From an uncultured Oscillibacter sp. (GTDB taxonomy: Bacteria; Bacillota; Clostridia; Oscillospirales; Oscillospiraceae): a stretch of 64,000 nt of DNA. The DNA is taken from assembly GCA_900551885.1 (NCBI GenBank), contig URXS01000001.1:720-64719 (forward strand), in the 5' to 3' direction. Positions 27,092-37,355 of this stretch are shown here, piece by piece. The translations under genes were made by a program, and so were the position numbers. Positions within the stretch are counted from its first letter, which is position 1; each line of letters starts with the position of its first letter. Under the pieces are notes generated by a model. The model worked only from the letters and a program-made list of their open reading frames with translations, was not told the origin of the DNA and ran no database searches.

Positions 27092-28390
27092 TTACATATT
27101 GGGATTCTGGTTCAGCCAATAGTTCCACATATCCTGGCAATCGGTAAAGATTTGATAGATCGCACCGAAATCGTTCTCGATGGCACCCAGTTCATCCAGT
27201 TGCGCAGGGTTCTTCTCGTTGATCATGTCGTCGCGAACGGGCCAGTTGCCTTCCTTCATGAAGGGAGCGAAACCATCGGAAGTACCGTCAGCACCGCCCA
27301 TGACATAGCGGATGAACAGGCGGGCACCGGCGGGGTTATCGCACCCGGAGGCCACGAACAGAGACTCGCAGTTCAGCAGAGCGGTGTAGGGAGTCAGGTT
27401 GATGCACCAGGCAATGTCGTAGCCGGACTCGTCGCGGTTGGTAATCTTACCGGCAGAGGCCAGAGCCAGGGCGGGATCGTCAGCGGTGGAGTTGTGAACG
27501 GCCAGAGCCAGCTCGTCACCATCATCGATGAAGGTCATCTTCATCTGGCTGAATCGCCACATGTACTCAACGCCGGCGTTGTTTTCAGGCACCTCGAAGG
27601 TAAAGTCTGAGGCATCATAGGTGTACTCCAGAGGCTCGCCGTAGATATCCTCATAAGCCTGCTCCATCTGGTCGGCGTTGACGATGAAGCTGGCAAACAG
27701 AGACAGATAAGCGGTCTCAGTGCCGATCTCCTTGCAGAAAATGCGGTACTTCTGGCTGCCGTCGTCGTTCTTCTCAATGATGTTCCACCAACTGGTGATG
27801 GGCTGGCCATCGGGGAATGCGGCGGTATTATAATACCAGAAGGACTGAGAGCTGTACAGAGGCAAACTATACTTCAGCAGATCCTCATCAATGTGAGAGC
27901 AAATGTCGCGGGGATAGTAGGGAGTGAAAATGCCGGTCTGATAGTGCTCATAGAACACGGCACCGTTGACGTCCTTGGTCTGCAGCACGTCGGCGGTAAC
28001 ATTGCCGCTGGAATACTCCATTTCGGCCTTGCTCAGCACCTCGTCGGAGTCCAGGTCCATCACGTCCAGCTCCAGGCCAGGATAATCCTCCATGAAGGCA
28101 TCCACCATGTTCAGCATTTTGGAAGTAGTGGCATAGACTTCGATGGTGCCGCCCTCCGCCTTAGCCTCCTCGTAGAGCTCGTCATCAGTTTTGTCGCTCC
28201 ACTCATCCCAAACAGGACCGAAGTACTCTGTGTCTGTGGCATAGTCGTAACCCAGGGTCAGGCCGGACTCCTCGGTGGTATCACCACCGTCTCCGGTATC
28301 AGCAGCGGTGTCGTCTCCCCCGCCGCAAGCAACCAAGCTCAGGACCATGGCTGCGGTCAGCAGCAGTGCAAAGAGTTTCTTCATCTTCAT
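27092..28390 (-). CDS. ABC substrate-binding lipoprotein (AfuA/FbpA-like)
   Basis: Lipobox LVAC; EGGTIEVY, TADVL, NPAGARLF, WPVR motifs; operonic with a fused permease. Confidence 0.75.
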   Translation of the reverse strand: MKMKKLFALLLTAAMVLSLVACGGGDDTAADTGDGGDTTEESGLTLGYDYATDTEYFGPVWDEWSDKTDDELYEEAKAEGGTIEVYATTSKMLNMVDAFMEDYPGLELDVMDLDSDEVLSKAEMEYSSGNVTADVLQTKDVNGAVFYEHYQTGIFTPYYPRDICSHIDEDLLKYSLPLYSSQSFWYYNTAAFPDGQPITSWWNIIEKNDDGSQKYRIFCKEIGTETAYLSLFASFIVNADQMEQAYEDIYGEPLEYTYDASDFTFEVPENNAGVEYMWRFSQMKMTFIDDGDELALAVHNSTADDPALALASAGKITNRDESGYDIAWCINLTPYTALLNCESLFVASGCDNPAGARLFIRYVMGGADGTSDGFAPFMKEGNWPVRDDMINEKNPAQLDELGAIENDFGAIYQIFTDCQDMWNYWLNQNPNM

Positions 28391-28461
28391 CTCAATGTCT
28401 CCTTTCGCTTATATAAAATGAATTGGGGTCGCTTGAGATCTTGCGATTTATAAACTCGCGG

Positions 28462-29583
28462 TCACACCGCGCGCTTAATGAGGCGGGTCGTGTTCTTGTT
28501 ATAGATATTGATCTTATCCTGGTCGATAATGGCCCAGACCTTCTGGTCCAGCTCGTAATGAGCCTGGCCGATCTCCTTGGACAGGAACTCGTCCCTGCCG
28601 GCCACCAGGGTGACGATGGTCTCGGAGCCGGCGGGCTGGCTGGCGTAGACTGTGACGGGAATCGCGCCGTCCACCTTCTCCCGGGAGATGATGACCTGCT
28701 CAGGCCGGATAGCCAACACGCAGTCGAACTCTCCGCTCTTGGGGAATTCCTCGTTGGTCAGGTCCTTGGCGTCGAAGGTATGGCCGCCCAAATCGCTCTT
28801 GACCACCAACTGGCCGTTCTTCATCTCGGCCTTGCCGTCCAGCAGGTTGATGCGGGGGTTGCCGATGAAGTCGGCGGCCTCCAGGTCGACAGGGTTGTTG
28901 TACAGCTCCATGGGGGTGGCCACCTGGTTCAGTGCGCCCTCCTTGAACAGAGCGATCTTGGTGGACATGGTCAGAGCCTCCACCTGGTCGTGGGTAACGT
29001 AGATAATGGTGGTGCCCAGCTCTTTGTGCAAACGCTGCAACTCGGCGCGCATGTCCAGGCGGAGCCTGGCGTCCAGGTTGGACAGGGGCTCATCCAGCAA
29101 CAGCAGCTTGGGGCTGGAGGCCACAGCACGGGCGATGGCCACACGCTGCTGCTGGCCGCCGGACAGCTCTGTGGGATAGCGGTCCTTGTACTGCTCGATC
29201 CGCATCATCCGCAGGGAGTCCATGACTCGCTTGTCAATTTCCTCTTTGGCCATTTTCTGAATCTTCAGGCCGAAGGCAATGTTGTTATACACCGTCATGT
29301 GGGGCCACAGGGCGTAGGACTGGAACACCAGGTTCAGCCCGCGCTTGCTGGGTTCGGCAAAGTAGGCGTCGTCGGCGTTGATCATCTCCACGCCGTCAAT
29401 GGTCATGGTGCCGTTCTGGGGGCGCTCCAGGCCGGAGACCACACGCAGAGTGGTAGTCTTGCCGCAGCCGGAGGGGCCCAGTAGTGTCATGAAATCACCG
29501 TCTTCAATGGTGAGGTTGATGTCCCGCAGGACGTGGTTATCGCCATAGAATTTATCAATATGCTTTAATTCAATACGACTCAT
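28462..29583 (-). CDS. ABC importer ATPase (FbpC/PotA-like)
   Basis: GPSGCGKT, LSGGQQQR, LLDEPLSNLD, VTHDQ motifs and C-terminal TOBE-like domain. Confidence 0.93.
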   Translation of the reverse strand: MSRIELKHIDKFYGDNHVLRDINLTIEDGDFMTLLGPSGCGKTTTLRVVSGLERPQNGTMTIDGVEMINADDAYFAEPSKRGLNLVFQSYALWPHMTVYNNIAFGLKIQKMAKEEIDKRVMDSLRMMRIEQYKDRYPTELSGGQQQRVAIARAVASSPKLLLLDEPLSNLDARLRLDMRAELQRLHKELGTTIIYVTHDQVEALTMSTKIALFKEGALNQVATPMELYNNPVDLEAADFIGNPRINLLDGKAEMKNGQLVVKSDLGGHTFDAKDLTNEEFPKSGEFDCVLAIRPEQVIISREKVDGAIPVTVYASQPAGSETIVTLVAGRDEFLSKEIGQAHYELDQKVWAIIDQDKINIYNKNTTRLIKRAV

Positions 29584-29636
29584 ATGGTTCGCCTTATCCT
29601 TTCTGTTCTGTCATAAAACGGTCCGTCTTCCTGGAA

Positions 29637-31472
29637 TCAGCCCCAGCTCTTGCCGATATCAGCACCGAACTTGTTGGCGATGATGTAGCACACCAGGATG
29701 AACAGCAGCACGACCACGGAGATCGCGTCGGCCATCTGGTTATAGCCATCCTGGGAATAGGTGAAGGCCAGGTAGGACATGGTCCGGGTGGTGGGGGTCA
29801 TCATGATGATGATCAGGTCCAGCTCCTTGGCGATGGAGATGAAGGTCAGCATGAAGCCGGAGATGAAGCCGTTCTTCGCCAGAGGCACGATGATGGAGGC
29901 CATGCGCTTCCAGAAGCTGGCGCCGGCAATGTCCGCCGCCTCCTCCAGCTCCACGCTGATGGACAGCATGTTGGCCGTACCGGATTTACTGGCGAAGGGG
30001 AAGTGCTTGACCACGGAGGTCAGAACGATCAGGGTAAAGGTGCCGTACAGAGAGGGGATCAGGCCACCCAGATGGGGGGTGCTGAACATGGCGAAATACA
30101 TGGTGGAGAAAGCGATGCCGCTCATCAGATAGGGAACGAACACCAGTTGCTCCGTCAGGTTGCCGTACCATTTGCCGCGTCCGCGGGAGCTGATATAGCC
30201 CAGGAACTGGCCGCAGATGGCGGTGATGATGGAGGCGATCAGGGTCAGCCGGACCGTATTCCACAGGGCGCTGAGGAACTCCTTGCTGCGGAAGATACCG
30301 GGCAGGTTGATATATTTATCAGCCTCGTCCACGGTGCCGATCCAGTTGTAAAGCGTCAGGTTGTCGAGGCCGTAGCCGTTACCGGTGGTGATCTGGAAGG
30401 TCTCCATGATCAGCACGAACATGGGCATCACCATGGCCAGGAACAGGAACACCACCAGGAAAGCCATCAGCGGCTTCTTGGCCTTTCCCAGAGACATCAG
30501 GGTGTGCCGGCCGCCCTTGCCACCCACGGTAGCATAGGACTTGCGGACGCCCACCACTCTCTGGTTGGAGAAGATGATGGCCGCGGCCAGGCCCACCAGC
30601 ACCAGACTCATGGCGTAGCCCACGCCCTGGGGCCCCTGTTCAATGAACACGCGCATTTTGGTGGCCAGCGTGTAATAGCCGATCCGGTTGCCCAGGTTGG
30701 CCGCCACGCCGTATGTACCAATGGACTTACTGATGGTCATGATCATAGCCGACAGAATAGAGGGCATGATCAGAGGAAGGGTGATGTGACGCAGGATCTG
30801 AGGCTTGCTGGCGCCCTGGATCTCACCCATCTCCTCCAGCTCGGAGTTGATGGAGCGCAGTGCACCGGAAACCATGATATAGGAAAATGCGTAGTAATGC
30901 ATGGACATGCAAAGGATGATGGCAATAGGGCCGTAAGCCAGCCAGTCAGGGATGGGGATTCCCATACCGGCTAGAAAACCGTTGGCACCGCTGGTAGAGT
31001 TGCGGAACACCGCCAACCAGCTCAGAGCCTTGGTCCAGGAGGGGATCATGTAGGGGATGATCACCAGCATGCTCAGGACCTTCTTGCCGGGGATGTCGGT
31101 GCGGACCATCAGCCACGCCAGTACGGAACCCAGCGGCACGGAGATGACTACCACGCACGCGCCGATGATCAGCGAGTTCAGCAGCGGCTCCCACAAAATT
31201 GCCTTGGACATATTGCTGGCCAGCATATAGGTCCAGTAATACAAGGTGAAGTCGCCCACCTGGGCGCCTTCGATTCTCCGCCGCATGACCTCGGCCTGGG
31301 CTGCAGTGAAGGTGGTGGAGATCATGGTCAGCAGGGGGATGATGATCAGGCAGAACAGGATCACCAGACTCACCAGCACAACCATGTTGAACGGGTTGGT
31401 CACCACGTTCAAAATCAGGTTCTTCAGCCGCTTCTTGGTCAGCGGCTTTCGGGGGAGGGCTTTCTTTGACAC
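29637..31472 (-). CDS. Fused two-domain ABC permease (FbpB/AfuB-like)
   Basis: 611 aa with two EAA loops (ELEEMGEIQGAS, ELEEAADIAGAS). Confidence 0.88.
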   Translation of the reverse strand: MSKKALPRKPLTKKRLKNLILNVVTNPFNMVVLVSLVILFCLIIIPLLTMISTTFTAAQAEVMRRRIEGAQVGDFTLYYWTYMLASNMSKAILWEPLLNSLIIGACVVVISVPLGSVLAWLMVRTDIPGKKVLSMLVIIPYMIPSWTKALSWLAVFRNSTSGANGFLAGMGIPIPDWLAYGPIAIILCMSMHYYAFSYIMVSGALRSINSELEEMGEIQGASKPQILRHITLPLIMPSILSAMIMTISKSIGTYGVAANLGNRIGYYTLATKMRVFIEQGPQGVGYAMSLVLVGLAAAIIFSNQRVVGVRKSYATVGGKGGRHTLMSLGKAKKPLMAFLVVFLFLAMVMPMFVLIMETFQITTGNGYGLDNLTLYNWIGTVDEADKYINLPGIFRSKEFLSALWNTVRLTLIASIITAICGQFLGYISSRGRGKWYGNLTEQLVFVPYLMSGIAFSTMYFAMFSTPHLGGLIPSLYGTFTLIVLTSVVKHFPFASKSGTANMLSISVELEEAADIAGASFWKRMASIIVPLAKNGFISGFMLTFISIAKELDLIIIMMTPTTRTMSYLAFTYSQDGYNQMADAISVVVLLFILVCYIIANKFGADIGKSWG

Positions 31473-31600
31473 GATAACACCTCTTTCTGATTACTGCCGG
31501 ATTGCCACCGGGGCATTTCTCCTTCTTTCTCTCTCACATCCATTTTTTCAAGATTTGCGGTCCCCGTTTGCCTAAAAAAGGTATAAAAAGAACCAAAATT

Positions 31601-31657
31601 CGCAAACGTTTGCGCTCCTTCTATAACTATTATCGGGTCTTTTCGTTGATTTGTCAA
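31601..31657 (-). promoter_or_regulatory. Promoter and perfect operator of the ABC importer operon
   Basis: Minus strand TTGACA (31657-31652)-17 nt-GATAAT; 14-bp palindrome CGCAAACGTTTGCG at 31601-31614. Confidence 0.78.
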
Positions 31658-31816
31658 TTCGTATTTTTGCTATTTTGTTTACAAATTTTTTATGGATTTT
31701 AACAATTTTCATATAAAAGGTCTAAGCGAGCCGTGTAGTTTTTATGCACTTTTGAGAAAATCTTACCAGTTTTCAGGAAAATACTCTCATAATATGGAAT
31801 ACGTTTCCGTGCGTAT

Positions 31817-33553
31817 TCAGCCGGCAAACTGGGCGTCATATAATTTTGCATAAATTCCGCCACGTTCCAATAATTCCCAGTGTGTACCGCTCTCCGCCAC
31901 GGCACCGCCGTCCAGCACCAGGATCTGATCGGCCTTGCGGACTGTCACCAGCCGGTGGGCGATGACGAAGCAGGTCCTCCCCTGCCGCAAACGCTCCAGC
32001 GCCGCCCGGATCTGCTCCTCTGTCTCCGTGTCCATGTCGGAGGTAGCCTCATCCATGATCACCACGTCGGCGTCGGACAGGAAGCACCGTGCAATAGCCA
32101 GAAGTTGCCGCTGTCCCTTGGAGATACCCGCCCCCTCGTCGGTGAGGACGGTGTCGTACCCGTCCGGCAGAGAAGTCAGAAAGCGATGAATGCAGGCGGC
32201 TTTGGCGGCCTCGATGATCTGCTCCCGGGTAGCACCAGGTGTGCCGTAAGCGATATTTTCCGCGATAGTCCCTCCGAACAGCCAGGTATCCTGTAGCACC
32301 ATGGCCAGGCGGCGCCGCAGGCCATCCCGGGTATAGGCCTCCAGAGGCCTGCCGTCCACAGTGATGTCTCCCCCCTGCCGCTGGTAGAACCGCAACAGCA
32401 AAGATACCAGGGTGGTCTTCCCCGCCCCGGTGGTGCCTACCACCGCCACCATGCTGCCGGCGGGCACGTCGGCGCAGAAGTCCCGTAGCACCGGCCGGTC
32501 CGGATCGTAGCCAAAATCCACATGCCGGAAGGAGATGGCCCCCTTTAAATGCTCTGGTTCCAACGCCTCCGGCGGATCTGCCGGCTCTGGCTCCTGATCC
32601 AGCAGATCCAGTACCCGCTCCGCTGCTGCGACAGATGCCTGCAGATCACTGAGCAGGTTGGCAGCCTCCCGAATCGGCCCGGAAAACTTGCGGGAGTACA
32701 GCACGAAAGAGGACAGGCTGCCGATAGAGAGCCCGCCGCTGATAAACAGCAGTCCGCCAAAAACGCTGATGGCCGCCAGGGACAGATTGTTGATGAAGTT
32801 GACGGACGGACCCAGAGAGGCACTGGCGCAGTCCGCCCGGTAGTAGGCCTGGGATGCCTCGTCGTTGCGCTCCTCGAACTGACGCAGGTCCTCGGCCTCC
32901 ACACCATAAGCCCGGATGGCCCGCTGGCGGCCGATCCGCTCCTCGGCAAAGCCGTTCAGAGCACCCAGTTCCTTGGACCGCAGGCGGAACAAAGGATGAA
33001 TCCGCCGCATTTGCAGCCGTGTCAGTACCACCGACAACGGCACCGTTACGAAGAACACCACCGCCAGGGAAGGCGAGAGCACCAGCAGCATGACAAAGGA
33101 CCCGGCCACCGTCAGCAGACTGGTGCAGATCTGCAGCAGGTCTGTGGAAAGGGTGGCGTTGACCGTGTCCACGTCGTAGCAGATGCGGCTGATCAGATCG
33201 CCGGCCGGATGGGTGTCAAAATACTGGACCGGCAGCTCGCTCATGCGCTGAAAGGCCGCCTTCCGTAAATCATAGGACACGGCCTGGCCCACCTGGATCA
33301 GTTTTGCGGAAACCACGTAGTTCATAGCTGCCGACAGTGCGCAGCAGCCCAGCATTCCGGCGCAGTTGCGCAGCACGCTGGAAACATCCACGCTCCCCGA
33401 CTCCGTACCTACGGCGTCCAGTGCCCAGCCGGACAGCAGCGGTATCGCCAAAACCAGCAGATTGGATGCCACCATCAGCACTGTGATCCCCGCCAGTGTC
33501 AGCAGGTATGGCCGCAGGAATCGGCCGATCCGCAGCAGCAGATGCCTTTTCAT
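31817..33553 (-). CDS. Heterodimeric ABC exporter subunit (intact catalytic Glu/His)
   Basis: TMD plus NBD; GTTGAGKT, ISKGQRQ, MDEATS, IAHRL motifs. Confidence 0.92.
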   Translation of the reverse strand: MKRHLLLRIGRFLRPYLLTLAGITVLMVASNLLVLAIPLLSGWALDAVGTESGSVDVSSVLRNCAGMLGCCALSAAMNYVVSAKLIQVGQAVSYDLRKAAFQRMSELPVQYFDTHPAGDLISRICYDVDTVNATLSTDLLQICTSLLTVAGSFVMLLVLSPSLAVVFFVTVPLSVVLTRLQMRRIHPLFRLRSKELGALNGFAEERIGRQRAIRAYGVEAEDLRQFEERNDEASQAYYRADCASASLGPSVNFINNLSLAAISVFGGLLFISGGLSIGSLSSFVLYSRKFSGPIREAANLLSDLQASVAAAERVLDLLDQEPEPADPPEALEPEHLKGAISFRHVDFGYDPDRPVLRDFCADVPAGSMVAVVGTTGAGKTTLVSLLLRFYQRQGGDITVDGRPLEAYTRDGLRRRLAMVLQDTWLFGGTIAENIAYGTPGATREQIIEAAKAACIHRFLTSLPDGYDTVLTDEGAGISKGQRQLLAIARCFLSDADVVIMDEATSDMDTETEEQIRAALERLRQGRTCFVIAHRLVTVRKADQILVLDGGAVAESGTHWELLERGGIYAKLYDAQFAG

Positions 33554-35262
33554 GCCATCCCCTCCCCCATCTGCAGCTCCGCCATCTGTCGGTAGCGGGC
33601 ACAGGTCTTCAGCAGCTCCTCGTGGCGGCCCTGGGCATCGATCCGCCCGTTTTCCAGTACCAGAATCCGGTCTGCCTCCCGCACGGCGGAGATCCGCTCT
33701 GAGATCACCACCATCGTCACACCGGGGCAGTCCCTCCGCAGGGCCCCCCGCAGGGCTGCCGCCGTCCGGTAGTCCAGGGCGCTGTCGGCGCTGTCCAGCA
33801 CCAGAATCTCCGGCTTGCCGGCCAGGGCACGGGCGATCAGGAGCCGCTGCCGCTGGCCCCCGGAGAGATTGGCGCCCCGCAGGTCCACATGGGTGTCCAG
33901 ACCCTGCGGCAAGTCCTGGATAAATTTCCAGGCCTGGGCAGTGCGGGCGGCAGCCTCCACCGCCTCTCGGGACAATCCCCGCAGGAAGGAGATATTCTCG
34001 TAAACGCTGCCGGCGATCAGGGTGTCGCTCTGGAATACTACGCCAAAGCGCTCCTGCAATTGCCGGCGGGTTTGGGTCTTTACATCCCTGCCGCCCACCC
34101 AGACCACACCGCTGTCAGCATCGTACAGCCGCAGCAGCAGGGAGATCAGTGTGGTCTTGCCGCTGCCGGTGGGGCCCAGGATGCCCAGCATCTCGCCCTT
34201 GTTTAGCGTAAAGCTGGCCCGGTCCAGGTCCGGCTCCACGCCCAGGTAGGAGAAGGTGGCCTCCTCCATACCCAAGAGTCCAGCGTGTTCCTCCCCCTCC
34301 GGCTCCCGCACGGTCTGCTCCATGGGAGCCTGAAGGATCTCTTGAATACGCCGGGCGGAGGCGGCGCCTTTGCTGACCCGGACAAATACCTTGGCAATGC
34401 CCAAAGTGGCACTTTGGATCAAGGTAAAGTAGGTTAGAAAGGCCACGATCTGCCCCCGCTGCATCAACCCCGCGTCTACCCGCAGGGCACCTACCAGCAC
34501 CACTGCGGTCAGTCCCACATTGAGTAGGAAATCGGTGATGGGATTGGTCAGCGCCATCACCCAGCCGGCCTGCTCCTCCGCCCGTCGGGAGGCGTGGTTG
34601 GCGGCCTCAAACCGCTCCCGCTCCCGGCCCTGGCAGGCCAGTGCCTTGATCACCCGGACGCCGGAGGCGTTCTCCCGCAGGATGCGCACCACCGTATCCA
34701 CCGCCTGCTGGGCCTGGGTGTAAAAGGGAATGCCCCTTCGGGTCACCAAGGCGATGGTCAAAAAGGTCAGAAGGCTCACCGCCAATTGCACCAGCGCCAG
34801 AACCGGCTCCTGCAAAAACGTCAGCACCAGTCCGCCCAGAACCAGCATGGGGGCCCGGATGCCGCCCCGCTGCACCTTGTCAAACATCTGATGGACATTA
34901 TATGTATCATTCGTCAGCCGGGATACCATGGAGGAGGCAGAAAACCGGTCCATCTGGGCGCAGGAAAGCTCCTGTACCCGTCGGTACAGGTCCCGCCGCA
35001 GCTCCCGGGTCACCTCCATGGACACCCAGGCGGCCATGCGGTTGGCAGTGATGTTGCACCCGGCGGCGCCGAAGGCCAGAACGCCCATCAAAATTCCGGT
35101 CCGCCAGATGGCCGGCAGATCTCCAGCAGGCACCAGGTCATCGATGACTGTGGCCAACAGCAGCGGCAGCACCAGCTCCAGAATGGCGGCGGTAAATTTG
35201 ATGGTGACACCCACGGCCACCCGCCCGGCATAGGGCTTCAGATACCCCAGAACCACTTTCAT
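33550..35262 (-). CDS. Heterodimeric ABC exporter subunit (degenerate site)
   Basis: GPTGSGKT and LSGGQ motifs; Walker B VLDS lacks the catalytic Glu; ISER replaces the His switch. Confidence 0.92.
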   Translation of the reverse strand: MKVVLGYLKPYAGRVAVGVTIKFTAAILELVLPLLLATVIDDLVPAGDLPAIWRTGILMGVLAFGAAGCNITANRMAAWVSMEVTRELRRDLYRRVQELSCAQMDRFSASSMVSRLTNDTYNVHQMFDKVQRGGIRAPMLVLGGLVLTFLQEPVLALVQLAVSLLTFLTIALVTRRGIPFYTQAQQAVDTVVRILRENASGVRVIKALACQGRERERFEAANHASRRAEEQAGWVMALTNPITDFLLNVGLTAVVLVGALRVDAGLMQRGQIVAFLTYFTLIQSATLGIAKVFVRVSKGAASARRIQEILQAPMEQTVREPEGEEHAGLLGMEEATFSYLGVEPDLDRASFTLNKGEMLGILGPTGSGKTTLISLLLRLYDADSGVVWVGGRDVKTQTRRQLQERFGVVFQSDTLIAGSVYENISFLRGLSREAVEAAARTAQAWKFIQDLPQGLDTHVDLRGANLSGGQRQRLLIARALAGKPEILVLDSADSALDYRTAAALRGALRRDCPGVTMVVISERISAVREADRILVLENGRIDAQGRHEELLKTCARYRQMAELQMGEGMA

Positions 35263-35281
35263 GGCAGCGCCCCACTTTTTC

Positions 35282-35294
35282 TCAAACGTTTACG
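35282..35294. promoter_or_regulatory. LacI-type operator upstream of the exporter pair
   Basis: TCAAACGTTTACG, about 20 nt upstream of the start codon. Confidence 0.55.
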
Positions 35295-35454
35295 CTTTTT
35301 TAGTATAGAATACCATATAAGGCTGGGAAATCAATTCGCATTTTGTTGCAAATCGCACGGAAACTTTCGTCGGATTCCCCGCCCAGGCAGTTTTCGGAGG
35401 CTGTGGAGGCCCTGTCCGGCAGGTCTAAACTTTTGCGTGGTAAAAATTTTTTGC

Positions 35455-35483
35455 TTGACAAACCTACGAAACTCGTGTAAATT
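35455..35483 (+). promoter_or_regulatory. Promoter of the leu operon leader
   Basis: TTGACA-17 nt-TAAATT. Confidence 0.65.
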
Positions 35484-35511
35484 CATACCATCGCAAAATT
35501 AAATCAACCAA

Positions 35512-35785
35512 ATGCCATGACAGGGAGAAAGTCACTGCGCGCATTTCAGAGAGCCGCCGGTCGCTGCGAGGCGGTATGCAGACAGATGATGTACTGGCCC
35601 TCGAGCAGTCCGCTGAAAGTTCCATCAGGACCGTAGGTGTGAACGGGTTTCTTCACCGTTACCAAAGAGGCCGTATTCGCCCCCTGGGGCTGATATGGAA
35701 AGGGGATATTTTTATATCAACAAGAGTGGTACCGCGGAAGTTTACGCTTTCGTCTCTTATGCAAAGAGACGAAAGCGTTTTTTAT
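35512..35785 (+). ncRNA. T-box riboswitch (Leu)
   Basis: GA motif, AGAGA and GCTG distal-loop motifs, probable specifier CUG at 35594-35596, T-box AGTGGTACCGCG at 35725-35736, terminator at 35744-35783. Confidence 0.9.
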
Positions 35786-35825
35786 TTCCCTGGACCACCA
35801 TCAAATCAAAGGAGGCTTTCCCCAC

Positions 35826-37355
35826 ATGAAAAGGATCAAGATCTTCGATACCACCCTGCGCGACGGCGAGCAGTCCCCCGGTTGCAGCATGAACCTGCCG
35901 GAAAAGCTGGACATGGCCCGTCAGTTGGACGCCCTTGGGGTGGATGTGATCGAGGCGGGCTTCGCCATTGCCTCTCCCGAGGATTTCCGCAGCGTGGAGG
36001 CCATTTCCCAGGCCGTCAGCAACTGCACGGTGGCCAGCCTGGCCCGCTGCACCAAGGGCGACATCGACGCCGCCTGGAACGCGGTCAAGGGCGCCAAACA
36101 CCCCCGCATTCACGTCTTCCTGGCCACCAGTGACATTCATATGGAGTATAAGCTGAAGATGACCCGGGAGCAGGTGGTGGACTCCATCAGCCAGATGGTC
36201 AGCTACGCCAAGAGCTATTGCGACGACATCGAGTTCTCCGCCGAGGACGCCTCCCGTTCCGAGTGGTCCTTCCTGGCCAAGTGCTACTCCACCGCTGTGG
36301 CCGCCGGAGCCACCACCCTCAATGTTCCCGATACGGTGGGCTACGCCACCCCCGAGGAGATGTTCAACCTGATCAGCTACCTGAAGGCCCATGTGGAAGG
36401 TGTGGAGAACGTGGACATCTCCGTCCACTGCCACGACGACCTGGGCATGGCCGTGGCCAACTCTCTGGCCTGCATCCGGGCGGGTGCCACCCAGATCGAG
36501 TGCACCGTCAACGGCATCGGTGAGCGGGCCGGCAACGCCAGCCTGGAGGAAGTGGTCATGGCCCTGCGCACCCGGATGGACATCTATGGTGCGGAGACCG
36601 GCATCAACACCCGCCAGATCTACAAATCCAGCAAGCTGCTCTCCAGCATCACCGGCGTGCCCATCGCCCCCAACAAGGCCATTGTGGGCGCCAACGCCTT
36701 TGCCCATGAGTCCGGCATCCACCAGCATGGCGTCATCGCCAACGCCCAGACCTACGAGATCATGCGCTCCACCGACGTGGGTATTCCCCAGAACACCATG
36801 GTGCTGGGCAAGCACTCCGGCAAGCACGCTCTGCGGGAGCGGCTGGAGTCCATGGGATACACCATCACCGACAGTCAGTTGGAGGAGATCTTCGCCCGCT
36901 TCAAATCCCTGGCAGATAAGAAGAAGTCTATCACCAACTCCGATCTGGAGGCCCTGGTCCTGAACCGGCGCCGGGACGATGTGGGCGGCTGGAAGCTCCT
37001 CAGCCACGTGGTCAACGTAGGCGACGGCCTGCCCAACACCTCCTGTGTGAAGCTGGAACGGGACAACGAAGTCAAGGAGGAAGTGGCCATCGGCTCCGGC
37101 CCCTTGGACGCCTCTTTCAAGGCCATCAACCGGATCACCGACATGGATGTGAATCTGGAGAGCTTCAGCCTCAACGCCGTCACCGACGGTGAGGACGCCA
37201 TCGGCGAGGCCGTGGTAAAGATCAGCCACGACGGTGACATCTACACCGGCACCGGCATCTCCACCGACATCATTGAATCTTCGATTCGTGCCTATATCAA
37301 CGGCATCAACAAAGCCGCCGCGGCTACGTGGCAGAAGGAGGCTCACGCATCATGA
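35826..37355 (+). CDS. leuA: 2-isopropylmalate synthase
   Basis: [23 protein letters not shown] motifs and C-terminal regulatory domain. Confidence 0.96.
   Translation: MKRIKIFDTTLRDGEQSPGCSMNLPEKLDMARQLDALGVDVIEAGFAIASPEDFRSVEAISQAVSNCTVASLARCTKGDIDAAWNAVKGAKHPRIHVFLATSDIHMEYKLKMTREQVVDSISQMVSYAKSYCDDIEFSAEDASRSEWSFLAKCYSTAVAAGATTLNVPDTVGYATPEEMFNLISYLKAHVEGVENVDISVHCHDDLGMAVANSLACIRAGATQIECTVNGIGERAGNASLEEVVMALRTRMDIYGAETGINTRQIYKSSKLLSSITGVPIAPNKAIVGANAFAHESGIHQHGVIANAQTYEIMRSTDVGIPQNTMVLGKHSGKHALRERLESMGYTITDSQLEEIFARFKSLADKKKSITNSDLEALVLNRRRDDVGGWKLLSHVVNVGDGLPNTSCVKLERDNEVKEEVAIGSGPLDASFKAINRITDMDVNLESFSLNAVTDGEDAIGEAVVKISHDGDIYTGTGISTDIIESSIRAYINGINKAAAATWQKEAHAS

Noticed and set aside
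31796..31808. Additional LacI operator GGAATACGTTTCC
   Set aside because: Symmetry around the central CG is poor; too weak to call
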